From: Caecitellus pseudoparvulus
Taxonomy: Eukaryota > Protista > Bigyra: Bicosoecida
Direction of reading: 5' to 3'
Assembly: GCA_965644315.1 (NCBI GenBank)
Contig: CBFFRQ010000018.1
Coordinates: forward strand, 682,001-746,000
Length of the DNA: 64,000 nucleotides
In this document: positions 12,444-24,602 of the stretch, one piece after another
Layout of the letters: every line of letters begins with the position of its first letter
Numbering within the stretch: the stretch's first letter is position 1
Notes under the pieces: model-generated
What the model was told of the DNA's origin: nothing
The model's database searches: none
Seen by the model: only the letters and a program-made list of their open reading frames with translations
Position numbers and translations under genes: made by a program

Positions 12444-14913
12444 ATGTCTCAGCCTTTGACTACCAATGTGCCGTCGGCGCAGCCGCGGTCACCGCCGAAC
12501 CAAGCACCACGCTCAAGCGCGGATCGTCCTGTGCGCAAGCTGACAGAGCAGCTGCTGGGGACGTATCGCTGCATCAATGAGGTGTACTACAAGTCAGTGG
12601 AGTGGCTCTCGCACTTGCGTTGCGCTGCCCACGCCGCACCCTGGCCCTGCTGCAGGAAGAAGAAGGAACGCATGAAAGAGCGGGAGGAAAAGAGGGAAGC
12701 AGAGTTCAACATCAGGGAGGGACAAGTGCTGCAGGGCAAGTACAGGGTGCAGACCCAACTGGGCAAGGGCTCTTTCGGGCAGGTGAGTGGACCAGAGCCC
12801 GAGGCACCCAAGCGCCACGCACTCCTGTCACATGCGCCGTGGATACTTGCAACCCTGCCATAGGTGATGAAAGCTGTAAACATACACACGGAAGAGAATG
12901 TCGCCATCAAAGTCATTCGCGCCAGGGCGAACTTCAGGTGGGTGGGGGATGCGGGCGTTTCGATGGCGTTGCGGGGCGAGCGTTACCCACGAAAGCTGCG
13001 AAGGGCCTTGCCAAGCATGCACGATCTGCGCTGTGCCTGCTCGCAGACTGCAAGCAAAGACTGAAATCATGCTCTTGGACTTGCTCCAGTCACTGGATGG
13101 CGATGACAAGTGGTGCATCGGTGAGCAAGCTTCCAGGCGCTGTGGCTGGGGTTCGCGCTTCAAACGCCCACTTCCTGCTTGCTTCGCAGTGCGCCTCAGG
13201 GAGCAGTTTGAGTGCGAGGGGCACACCTGCCTCGTTTTTGAACAGCTGTCTTTCAACCTGTATGAACTGCTGCACCGGACACGCTTCAACGGCGTGTCAT
13301 TGAACCTCGTGCGCAAGTTTGCACGTCAGCTGCTGAAAACCCTGGCCTTCTTGTCCTTGCCGGACGTGGACATCGTGCATTGCGACTTGAAGCCGGAGAA
13401 CATCTTGCTGCGTGTCTCCAATCGGTCTGCCCTGAAGGTCATCGACTTCGGCTCGTCTTGCAGGCGAACAGAGCCCATGTACGTGTACATCCAGTCCCGG
13501 TTTTACCGCTCCCCCGAGGTCATCCTGGGCTTGCCCTACGCTCAAGCCATCGACATGTGGAGCTTGGGGTGCATCTTAGTCGAGTTGCACGTCGGCACGC
13601 CTCTGTTTGCGGGGGAGGACGAGCACGACCAGCTCATTCGCTTCGTCGCACTGAAAGGCATGCCGCCGCAGTGGATGCTGGAGCGCGGCAAGAAGACTGC
13701 CAAGTTCTTCAACGTCTTCACGCCCCGAGTGTCCCCTCCCCCCGCTGTAGAGGACTCTGACCTCGTGCATCGCCGTGAGGCCGTGCGCGCTGCCAGGGCC
13801 GCTGCAGTTGCCCGGAGAGCTGCTCGAGCCCAGGCTGAGGGGTGGACTGGCTACGTCCAGGAGATGGCACCAGTGCATGAGAAGCCCGTGGAGGGCGGCA
13901 TGCCTGGCTCAAACGCGCCCCTGCCAGAGACTTCCGGAGACGACCGCAAGACGCCAGCGGTCAGCAAAGTGCCCATGAAGCGCGAGCATGACTGGCCGGC
14001 TGATGGCGTGCCCATCGAGTGTGTGTCGGACGAAGATGCAGGCGGGGACAGTGATGTGGAGGAGTGGGACTCATTGTCCTTCCCCGCCTCCGCGGCAGCC
14101 GCCGGCTCCGGCCCTGCAGCGCTGTCTGCCCAGGCACCCAGTGGCGGCACCCGCCCCACACCCCTGCCCGCCTCTGCATCGCTCAGTGCAGCCGACTCAG
14201 CATCTGGGGACGCCACTGGCAGCACAGGGGGCACTCCCCGCCTCCCTACGTCCAGTGCGCCTGAGTCGCCTGCCTGGCACCAGAGCCGCCCTGCCACCAC
14301 GGCTGGCGCGGAGGGTGGCAGTGCTGCGGCCGGCCCTACGCCTCAGCAGCGCAGACAGGCAGCGCACGCAGAGCGCATGAAGCGCCTCCGACGGCCGCAA
14401 ACAACTGCCCACCGAGGCATTCCGCAGTACCATCTGAAGCCCAGGCGCAAACCAAGCAGGCGCAGGTCCCACAGCTCCTCCCGCGTGCACACGTCGCTGT
14501 CCGAGCTGCTGGGCGTGCGCAGCGGCGGGCCTGGGGGGCGCCGAGCAGGGGAAGCTGAAGGGCACACGCAGTGGCACTACCAGCAGTTCATGGACATGAT
14601 CATGCGCATGCTGGAATTTGACCCCCATCTGCGCATGACCCCCATGCAGGCGCTGAACCACCCCTTCCTGCGAGAGGACAACCCGCCAGGCTGGGAGCAA
14701 AGCGCAGGAGGTGCTGCTGGGGCACCAGCAGCAACCGCTGCTGGTGGCGAGTCAGGAAGTGCAGCTACTTCCACTCCTGCCTCCTTCCCCCCGAAGGGGG
14801 GGGTGAGTGCGCCTGCATCAGCGAAGCCGGTGGGAGCAACGTCGGGAACTTCGGGGACAGCACCCGGGCAGGGGGGTGCCCCCCCCGTGGACCCCTCGGG
14901 CGGCCAAAGTTGA
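12444..14913 (+). CDS. DYRK1: Dual-specificity tyrosine-regulated kinase, class 1 (DYRK1-like); several short introns between about 12593 and 13189
   Basis: RKLTEQLLGTYRCINEVYY, LGKGSFGQV, VAIKVI, HCDLKPENILL, DFGSSC, activation loop YVYIQSRFYRSPE, and the DYRK1-type GGPGGRRAGE..RMLEFDP..ALNHPFL. Confidence 0.92.
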
Positions 14914-15039
14914 TACATTGAGGAAGGGCCACCTCAAATTCATTTCATTGCAGCCTGACCGCGTGACCCTAGCTGCAGCAGGCAAAGCTTGCCGTTTCGC
15001 ACGTAACGCCAAGGGCAGCTTGTCTCCTTGCGTGGCGTG

Positions 15040-18000
15040 ATGGAGAGCGAACAGCGGGTGAACTATGAGCTGGAGATTACGATCATTGAAGGACGAGACT
15101 TCCCTCGGCACCGTCGAGGCGAAAGCATTGTCGTTCAGAGCACCTTCAATCACGACGTGAGACGCTGCCAACGCCATGTCAACGCCCAGCGCACCCCCAG
15201 GCACTCTCCTCGCCTGGCTCCGCCCTGCAGTTCCGTGAGACCAGCGCAGCAGTGACTGGCGAGCGCTCCCGCACAAATGACCCTTTCTGGCGGGACGGGG
15301 GCACGCTGCGGTGGCTGCTGTCCCCCACTGCTCTGAAGAAACTCAAAGCGTTTCAACCCACAGTGAAGCTGAATGTGCTGGCAAAGACGAGGCGAGCGGG
15401 AGCAGCACGGGACACAGACAAGTCTCTGGGCTTCGTTCTTTTAGACTTGCGGCGCCTGGAGCTCTCTCTCAGTGATAGTGTCTCAGCGTTCAGGGAGTGG
15501 AAGTCGCTGAACGGCAACAATCCGGGCCGGCTCCTGGTCCGGGCCCAGATGAATGCGCTTGCGCTTCCACAGCCGCACCCGACCGAAAGGCACACCCCCG
15601 CAGCCGTGCAATCGTCCGAAACGGGAGCTGGAGATGCTGCCCTGGCATGGGATGGTGCTGCAGTTCCTGCCATCGCCTCAACTGCCCGTGCTGAGCGCAA
15701 CACAGTGCTGCCCGATGCAGACGGCCGCATCATCATCGGGCCTGAGCATGACGCAGCTTTCATCATGGAGATAGAGGTCTCCAGTGTCGGCAACCTCCTC
15801 CCCAGCATGAGCCGCCGTACGGGGCAATTCTGGCTGTCCTTCAAGTTCCTGGGGCAGGTGGCCCAATCCGAGGTCTTCTCCGACACCGCCCGGCCACGCT
15901 TCCCACCGCTGCAAGCATCCTTCCCACTGCGATCCACCTTGCAGCACCTGCAAGACTTTCTGGATAGCCAGCCACCCCTCCAAGTATTCCTCTGCTCGCC
16001 TGGTGTGGCTTGGTGCGTCGCAGACCTGCAGCTGAGCAAGCTGCTGACAGAGGAGGATGTGCATGGGCCCAGCTTCGTCTCGGCGACGCTTGCTGGTGGA
16101 TTTGCGCTGCGCCCTCTGCACCCGCCAGAGCTGGCTGTGTCGTACGCACGCAGTGGTCAGCCTGAGCCGGGCGTCCTGCACGGGCGTGCTGTGCTTAGGC
16201 TTGAGAGCGACGAGCCAGCCAGCCCGCCAATGGCTCCCACCATGGAAATGCGGGCGCCCCCTACGCCACAGCGAGGCACACAGGACAGGCCGCAAGAAGA
16301 AGCATCTCCGCAGCCGGCTGCGGGGAGTCAGGACAGCGCCGATCCCCCCTCTCCCCGACGCGCTGCTCCGAGCCAGACACCTCCCCCCGTGCCTGCCGCG
16401 CGAGGGCCAAACGTAGTCGTCATTCCCCCGCAGCCAGTGCCTGTCACGCACTTCCCTACCCACACAGGCACGTTCATGACTGCGACAGGCGGCTCGCAAC
16501 TGTCCACTCTGCCTGCTCAGTCGCAGGGCTTGCCTGCCCCGACGCCGCTCCTGGCAACCCCAGCTGGCAGCACCGCCACCGGTGACACGCCGTCAGACTT
16601 GGGGATTGACATTCTGCAGCTCGCACTAGCACTGCCGCCCAACGTCGATGGGCTCATCCGGCAGGATGCAGGTGCCGCTGTCGAAGCACGAGCCCTGCAC
16701 TGCACCGCGGCACCAGGTCTGCTGGACCTGTGGGAGGGTGACGAGCCCAAGTCCTCTAGTCAGGTGTGGGTTGAGGTCAGCATCGGCTCCCGGGTCGCTT
16801 CGTTGACAGAGCCGTTAGTCGCTGAGTGGCAGGAGGACGGCAGCGCGTTCCGCATTCGACACGGGATGCCTGACAGCGAAGCAGGAGCGGCGTCTGGTGC
16901 TGCAGGGACGGGCCCCGCCCCGCTGTCCTGCTGGTTCCCCTGGAGTGTCGTTCATGAAGACGGTGGGGACACCCTTGTCGTTCGCATCTTGACCGTCCCC
17001 GATGGTGCGCCTGCTGAAGCTACCTCTGACACCCCCCACGCACACGTCCTTGCAGAGGGGACGGCCGGTGTGAGGGACATGCTGGGCGGCATGCCCCTGG
17101 ACATGCGCATGTACGCTCCAGGCCATTTGGACGCCTTGGAGGTAGGGGGCCTGCAATTGGCAGATGTGCAACCACTGGGGTGGCTGGCCTTGACAGCCCT
17201 GGACCGTCACGCTGCAGCCTCCTCGCCCGAGTGGAGTCCAGCTGAGACGACGGAGGGTGAGGCAGATGTTGCTGCGGAGGCCACTGTGACTGAGACAGCT
17301 GTGCGCAGTGATGTTGAGGCTGATGAAGCAGAGCGTGAAGCCACAGCTCAGCGGTCAGCTGCCGCTAGTGAATATGGAGGCATGGCACAAGCTTCGCCGC
17401 GCACAGCCACAAACAGCGATGGCAGTACTGCCAGCATGAGCCAGGCACAGTCGACGAGCAGGCCGCGCAGACGAGGGACAGCAAGCAGCACTGGCACAGG
17501 CGTCAAGCGCCGTAAGCGCAAGAATGTCTACGCGGGGGACCTGCGCAGGAGGCACTTTCGCCTGTCTGTGGAGCTGCGAGGTGTCAAGGGCTTGACGCAG
17601 CCTGCGAACGTGTATGCGACGGCTCCCTTCACGGGGTTTGCCTTTGCAACGGGCGCTGAGGACGACGATGATGGTGCTGGGGTGCTTGTGGCAGCTACAG
17701 GGACTGGGACGTTGGAGAGCGGCCGCCCGGTCGTGCCCAGCAGCACAGCCGCCGCGCCCGTCATCCGCACACACCCACCCACCCGCACTGCGCCTCATTC
17801 TGAAGTGCTGCTGACCAATGGCTTCCGCTACTTTGAGTTTGGGGCGACGGGCGCCGCGCTGACTCACACGCTGCAGCAAGGCGGGGAAAGCGCGGAGCCT
17901 GGAACGCTGCCAGTTACGGTGCTGCACCGAGACACCAAGCGCTACACCGACGACGTCCGGCTGGGAGTCGCAGCAGTTCCCATGGGCAGTGTGTTGTCGG

Positions 18001-19718
18001 CGCCGTGCTACTTTAGGTGCCCCTTCACCCATCGCACGTTCTCGTCACGGGCGGGCTATGACAAGCACATTACCGGCCTGAAGGCTGCGCAAGAACCTGG
18101 TGCCCCTGGAGCCCGGCTGGGCCTGGCTGGTGGGCGGCGGAAGGCCGGCCGTGGGGGCATCAAGTGGGACACTCCTCCCATCATGTTGCGCACCGTGGAC
18201 AAGTTCTTCCCCTTACTGGCTTGGGGGGGCGATGTGCACGAACAGCAGCAGGGGGCTGGGCCAGACGGCGACAGCGAAGCGTGGGGCGCTGCTGGTCGCA
18301 CAGGGGGAGCCCCGGTGGGCGCTCCGGGTGACCGAGTGCACGTGGCTGGGCATGTCCGTGTGAGGGTGTACCTTGAGGACTTTGGTGACATCGGCGACGG
18401 GCCTCTGCGGGGTGCCAGCGTGGCTGGCGTCGGGACATCGGCGGGGGCCCCCCCTGGCGCACTCATGCACGGCAGCGGTGGCCCCACCCCCCAGCAAGGC
18501 AAGGGCATGGCTGCCGCGGTGGAGCACTTGCTTGGGTGGGAAGCTGGGGCATCGCCTGCGGGCGGCATTGCACTGCACGACACCCGACAACCTGCAGATG
18601 CCACGGCAGGAGGAAGCACCTCACCCTTCGGCGCGTACATGGATGCCGTGTCCTTCTACGCCCTGCCGAGATCCCTGCAGGCACTTGCCCTGCGAACGCT
18701 GCAGCGCTGGCGCGAAGAAGCCGAAGAGGCGTGGATTGCAGACTTGAAAGAGAAGGAGCGGGCGGCACGTGCAGAGTGGCAGGCCAGCTTTGATGCTCGG
18801 GATGCAGACCGGGCAGCAGAGGTGGCCGCCCTCGCGAAGCAGTACCGCGCCCTGGAAGCCCAACTCAAGCGTGCCATCACCAAGGCGGAACGGCAGGCGC
18901 TGCAGACGGAAGCTGCCGCTGCTGCTTCAGCGGCACAGCTGGATGCTGACAGGCGGGAGTTGGCAGAGCGGGGTGCGCGCATGGCAGATGAGTTCAAGGC
19001 CAAGGCTGCCGCTGAGAAAGGCAAGCGTGACGTGCTGCAAGAACGCATCAATGCCCTACAGGATGAGGTAGCTCGGGAGCGTGAGAACGCACAGAGGGTC
19101 ATGCGGGAGTTCCAGGAGTACAGAGCGGCACAGGTGGACACGCCGGAGGCGGTGCTGCGGGACCGCATCTCAGCTCTGGAGGGAGAACGCGTGGCTCTGA
19201 CGCGGGAAGTGCAGAGCGAAAAGGCCGCAGCCAAGGACGCACGCGCTTCTGCGGCCACGCTGCGAGCCCAGATGTACCGCCTGGCCCGTGAGCTGCAGCG
19301 CAGCCGGGAGAAGGAACGCGCTGCTGCCGAGGCTGACTTGGAGAAGCTCAGAGTGGAGTACCTGGCCCGAGAAGAACGGTATGTGCTGGCTGACGAGCGC
19401 CAGCAGCTGCGCAGCATTCATGATCGCCTGGCACAGCTGCGCCGAGCAGAAGCCAACTTGTCCTCGGGGGAGGATGCGCACGGAGCACAGGTTGCAAGGG
19501 ACAGCGATGCCGCGGGCGCACATGCGAGAGAGGTGGCAGCTCTGCCTGACACGGGCATCTCCAGCTCTTTGCCTGTGTCGCAGGTGCCCGACAGTGACAG
19601 CGCGCTGGATGCCAGTGCGGCGTCAGCCGCCAGTTTCGCGTCAGACCTGCCTTCCCCTTCCCCAGCGACGCCAGTGCCCTCCCCCCACCCTGCCTCAGTG
19701 CACAGCCACACCGATTGA
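15040..19718 (+). CDS. CEP120: CEP120-like centriolar protein (three C2 domains plus C-terminal coiled coil); intron at about 15157-15229
   Basis: C2A (LEITIIEGRDFP..LRWLL..VKLNV..LGFVLLDLR), C2B (FWLSFKFLGQVAQSEVF..FPLRST..FLDSQPPLQVFLC), C2C (RHFRLSVELR..IRTHPP..EVLL..FEF), then a long EKR-rich coiled coil. Confidence 0.75.
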
Positions 19719-19858
19719 GGGACAGTGGACGGGGCTCGACAGAAATGATATTGCGACGTATATGACCACCGCACTCCCAGAGTTGGCCTGAACGCCTGCC
19801 TTTGGCGGCTGGGCGCAAGCAACGCGAGCTTGCTTCTCCCGCCTGACGAAATCCCGCC

Positions 19859-20833
19859 ATGGCGGTTGTCGCAGTAGTGGAGGTGGAGGCAGGCCCAGCG
19901 AAGGGCCTCTCCCTCACTGTCACAGGGGGAGCTCCAGTTGATGTAGGGCGCGACAAGAGCATGCCTGGCTGCCTCCGGGATCAGACCATCTCCAGGCGAC
20001 ACGGTGAGACCTCGCTCGTGCCTCATGTTTGCTCTTGCGCTGGGCTTGTCCCTCGCTGCTGTCTCCGCTGGCCGTGCCCCGCGCTTTTTGTACATTTGTG
20101 GTGGCACCTGTGGTGCTGCAAGTGAATTGGCGCGGCTTGCCTATCCGGCTTGATCACCCTGGTCTGAGGGGAGGCGGTGTGATGGTGCACATGTCAGCGT
20201 TTCAACCTTCCCTCCCTCGCTGCGCTCCGGCACCGGGGCCTGGCATCGCTACTTCGGCACGGGCCATGCCGCACACACCTTCTACCCTGCAGAGGTGTGG
20301 GGCAGGGCTCGGCCTTGTGTCTGCAGCTGTGCGAAGGAGGGAGTTCGACCGTGCCGTGCTGTGTAGGAAGCGAAACGCCCTGCCAACACACCCTCTGCCC
20401 CCGGTGCCCGGCTTTGCACCGCCCTCCCGCGCCCGTCCCAGGCATCTTCACGGTTAATATTGAAGGCGAGCTGAAGTACACGGACAGCAGCCGCAATGGC
20501 ACGTGGTATGTCAAGAACGGCGACAAGCAGCCCACAGCAACTCTGAAGGAGAGCTCTCAAATCATGCAGAAGGGGGACGCGCTCCTGCTCGGCCACACGT
20601 GCATCCGTGTCAAGAGCATTTCTCGGGAAGCTGCCCGGTCCTCGACACCCACTGGGCCCTCCGTCGGCGTGCCAGCCTCTGCCGCGGCTGCAGGGCCGAC
20701 CCTCAGAACTGGCATTGACGACGGCAAAGCCAAGCGTGTGTACGACCACCCCTTCACCCGACTCTTCCGTGAAGCATCGGCCGGCAAGGCCTTGTTTCTG
20801 GCGGCCACCGCGGATCACACGCAGCACGGCTGA
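19859..20833 (+). CDS. Small FHA-domain protein; one 438-nt intron (20004-20441)
   Basis: FHA motifs assemble after splicing: VGRD..ISRRH|G..DSSRNGT..GDALLLG. Confidence 0.8.
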
Positions 20834-21178
20834 CGTCTGCACCGCACCAGCAGCAAACTGTGCCCTGAAACCCAGCAACTTTTTGGGCACGCCTCCCGGC
20901 AAGCCAAGCCCTGGAGCGCTGACCAGGCGCGCTCGGCATGCTTGACTTCACTGCATTGGTGCTGTGTACCCTGTGGCTGCCTGCTGGCTCAATACATGCG
21001 TGTGCACGCCGCCGTGTCTCTGTCTGGGTACCGTCGCACAGGAAGAGGCACGCTCGGGACACATTCCCGAAGGCCGGTGAGCACGACAAGGCGGGACACT
21101 CGACTGCCGAATCGAATTTGCTGTGGACTTGTAGTGGCTGGCACCTGGGCTGTCAGTGTAGCGGCCATACCTCCAGCC

Positions 21179-22714
21179 ATGGCTGCGCTCGCGCGGAAAT
21201 TGGTTTCCCCCTCCGCCACACACCGACAGCTGGCACGATGGATACATTCAATGGGCGGGACGGGGGGCAGTATGTTCGACCGCATTGATCACTTGTCTGT
21301 TTATGCAGACGATCGGCGCCCCCTGGTGCACTTCCTTGTGGAAGGCCTGGGAATGCAGCCAATGGTTCCACCCACGACATACCACTTCGGACACGAAGAC
21401 ACGCCATTTCGACTGGAGCTGCTGCACGCTGGCAGTGGCATGGGTCTAGAGGTGTACACTGACCCCGACTTGCAGTCTTGGAGGCAGTACTTCCGGCGCA
21501 ACCCCGGCACAGTCGTGAATGTGGGGCTGCAGCCAGCTGGCTTGAGCTTGGATCGGGCAGCCTCCCTCATGCTGCGGCACTCCATGAAGGCTTCGCCGCC
21601 TGTAGCGTACCACTTCACTGACGCACAGCGTGCAGAGGATGCCCTCTTGCCCCGCTGGCTGCACAAGAAGATGCCCTTCCAGATGGGAGATGCCTTGCAC
21701 ATGGCCGAAGAGGGCGTCAAGTGGGCCTCTCGCACCCAAGACCTGCCGCAGCTGACCTACTTCTACGCGGTGCAGTGGCACAAGGACTGGGTGGGGCACC
21801 CGGCCGCCGTGCGAAGTCGCATGACAGCGCTGCCATTCGGCCCCCTGGGCATCACCGCCTGCAACCGTGTCTTTTGGAGCGTGCCTTGGGAGGAGAACGA
21901 ACTCATGAAGTTGGGCGACCAAATGCGGCGCTTCTTGACGCCAGTGTCGCAGCCGGCCACGCACGAGCTTGCCATCCACTTCCCAGAGGGGCCGGAGCTG
22001 TACGTGGTGGCGGAGGCGGACCCCGCCCGCCACCAGCTGCTGGGGAGAGTGCAAGGGTGGGAGCTTGCAGTCACTGCCGACCTGGCGACTGTCTTGCAGG
22101 TGCTGGAGAACAACTCCCTCAGCGTGGCTGGGCCCTGCTCGCCCGAGGAGTGGCGTGCCGCGGAGCCATCGGCACGCCTGTGCGTGGACCTCTCCCCTGT
22201 GGGCGGGCACGGACTCACGCTGCACCTAGTCCCAGCCAAGCCCCGACAACGCCGCCTCGCCTTGGCTGCAGCAGCGTACGGCAGGGTGGCTGGGCGATTG
22301 GGCAGCACTGCTGCCTCCCAGCAGCAACTCCCCCCCCCCATTGACGACAGGGAGGGGCCTGTCGGCGCACTCGTAGCTCGGAGCCAGGACCCCGTGCCAG
22401 GGACAGTGCCACACGCTGCCAGCAGTGTGCAGCATGCTGTGCAGCTGTCCGTGTCGGGGGCTGTGCCTGCCCTTCCAGCGGGTGCGCTGGCAGCAGGAGC
22501 TCCCTCCATAGCTGCGGCCACAGCGCCAGCACAATTCGCGCCGCCACCCTCGCTCACAGTAGCGGCCCGCACTGGCAGTGCGAACAGCCTGACGCCTGGG
22601 GGGCGCATGGGCAAGGCTGTCCGCTACAACGACAGGCGCCCTGTCAAGCCGGCCCCCGAGCCGGAAGCCCCTCGATCCTGGCTGCAGGAGCTGTGGCACT
22701 GGCAGCGCCTGTGA
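21179..22714 (+). CDS. Glyoxalase/VOC-fold-like protein with putative mitochondrial presequence; intronless
   Basis: FDRIDHLSVYADD..FLVEGLGM..LELL..GLEVY resembles a Glyoxalase_3-type N terminus, and a second VOC-like half (LGITACNRV) follows. Confidence 0.55.
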   Translation: MAALARKLVSPSATHRQLARWIHSMGGTGGSMFDRIDHLSVYADDRRPLVHFLVEGLGMQPMVPPTTYHFGHEDTPFRLELLHAGSGMGLEVYTDPDLQSWRQYFRRNPGTVVNVGLQPAGLSLDRAASLMLRHSMKASPPVAYHFTDAQRAEDALLPRWLHKKMPFQMGDALHMAEEGVKWASRTQDLPQLTYFYAVQWHKDWVGHPAAVRSRMTALPFGPLGITACNRVFWSVPWEENELMKLGDQMRRFLTPVSQPATHELAIHFPEGPELYVVAEADPARHQLLGRVQGWELAVTADLATVLQVLENNSLSVAGPCSPEEWRAAEPSARLCVDLSPVGGHGLTLHLVPAKPRQRRLALAAAAYGRVAGRLGSTAASQQQLPPPIDDREGPVGALVARSQDPVPGTVPHAASSVQHAVQLSVSGAVPALPAGALAAGAPSIAAATAPAQFAPPPSLTVAARTGSANSLTPGGRMGKAVRYNDRRPVKPAPEPEAPRSWLQELWHWQRL

Positions 22715-22914
22715 CCACGCACAATTCACACAGGAAACGCGATGTGTCAACACTGGCACTATTTCTAGAGCAACAGGTGGCGCGTGCCCCCACGCCCCTT
22801 CTGGGAGATCCCACAACCAACAAAGCTGCACGCGCTCGCTGCAGGGACCTGGCTGTGCGGAGGGAAAGCTGCCCCGTCACGAGACTGCGCGCGCTGTCGT
22901 GGAGCTGAGGGCAC

Positions 22915-24474
22915 ATGGCGGGGCGGCTCCCATTTTACAACGCCTTGCACAAGCTCTTCCTGGCCTTCTGTCACCATGGTGCGTGCCAGGCCTCCGCTTG
23001 TGCAGAAGGCAGGGTGGGCTGAGCGTACCGGAAAGGATGCGCGGCTTGATCCCTGGCGGGCACGCTGCCCGCGCGCCTTTCACTGCCCTCATTCGGCCCA
23101 CCTGCAGGAACAAATAGGCAAGCCTCTGCTCGGGCGCTGACAACGATGGACGAGGGCCGGTGAGTGCGCAGGAAGTCGCCGAGTGCTGCGTGCCGCCGCA
23201 CAGCGACTCTCTGTGGCATCAGGCAACACTCTTTCCCGCTGCCCTTGCAGCTTCTCCAAGTTCTGCCTGGACTGCGAGGTTGTGGATGGCAAGGTGTTGT
23301 CACCACATGACGTGACCCTTGCTTTTCAAAGGGTGTGTGCGGGAACTCGCCGCTGGGCACCCTCCCACCCGTATCCAGCACTCGACCACGTGCGAGCTCA
23401 TGGCGCAGGTTCTGTCGAGGCGCACCTCCTCCCGCTTCGCTGGGCTGTCCCAAGCATCGAACGCTGCACGGCTGGACTACAGCGAGGCTCTGGAGGCGCT
23501 GCGGTTCCTGGCGTGGACACGGTATCGCAGCGCCTCTCCCTCCCGAGCTCACGCCTTCGAAGTTCTGGCTCAGGCCATGCTAGACAGCCCCGCTGGGCAG
23601 CGCGGGGGGCCCACCCTGAACACGACCACAGTGCGTGCACACTGCGGCTTGAACCCTTGCCGGGCCAGCGCCCTTCACTTCCCGCCTGTCCCCACAGAGG
23701 ACCGCCACCTCTTCTGGCGTGTTCGCCCGACTCACGGATGCACGGGGATTCACCGGGACGCACCAGTCCAGATCACGCCGGCTGCAACGCGAGGCCGCGC
23801 GCATCACCGCCCAGGGCCGGGCGGCCCTCGCATCCACCATGATGGACAGCAGCGACATCCAAGCCGTCATCGGGAGCAGGCAGCAGCAGGACGTCGTGCC
23901 GTCACCCGTCGCAGCTGCAGGCAGGGGGCTCATGGGGGCACCACAGCGCATCAGTCGCCACCGCCGGGTGTCCATGACCGCGGAGCAGCGGGAAGCTGCG
24001 CAGGCAGCGCGGCGGACACGGGCCATATTGGCCGACTTTGGCGACCCCAGCGCAGAGGAGATGGAGGACGCCCCTCCACCTGCCGGCGAGGTGGGTAGCA
24101 GGCTCCCTTTGCGAGCACACACCAGCGCAGGCACACGAAGCACCATGCAGCAGGTTCCCGTCCTGTCCCCCATCACCTCCGCATCAAAGCAGGGGTGGGA
24201 TGCGTTCGCCCCCAGCTCTGCCGCCCGGCGGTCGCCCGCATCAAGGGCGAAGGGCAGTGCCTCCCGGACTTCTGAGTCCCCACGCGCTGCGAGGCGCGGC
24301 TGGCAGGCGCCGCAGTCTCCCAGATTTGGCCATGCAAGGCGCTTGCGGCCTGCTGCCATCCAGCGTGCACGCTCCCGAGCGCACCAGGCTGACTTCGCTG
24401 TGGCAGGCGTGTCGCCTCGGCGGGGCCTAGTGCAACAGGTGCTTGGAGAAGAGGGTGGAGAATATGATCAGTAG
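22915..24474 (+). CDS. TPPP/p25alpha-domain protein; introns about 22979-23107, 23160-23250, 23333-23408, 23631-23697
   Basis: Spliced product LHKLFLAFCHHG..MDEGRFSKFCLDCEVVDGK.LSPHDVTLAFQRV..RLDYSEALEAL..GVFARLTDARGFTGTH matches p25alpha motifs. Confidence 0.78.
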
Positions 24475-24602
24475 CCACAGCGAGGCATAATGCATACCCT
24501 TCAAAAGTCACCCGCTGCCAGCCCCACCATCCGCCAGACCCCCTGCCCAGCTGCGGCGTGTTGATCGGCAAGCCATCACTGGAAAGAACACGACCCAGGG
24601 CC

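Noticed and set aside
20200-20214. 15-mer TTTCAACCTTCCCTC shared by the FHA intron and the terminal repeat (about 62612)
   Set aside because: One pyrimidine-rich 15-mer match is roughly expected by chance in 64 kb, and the match does not extend.
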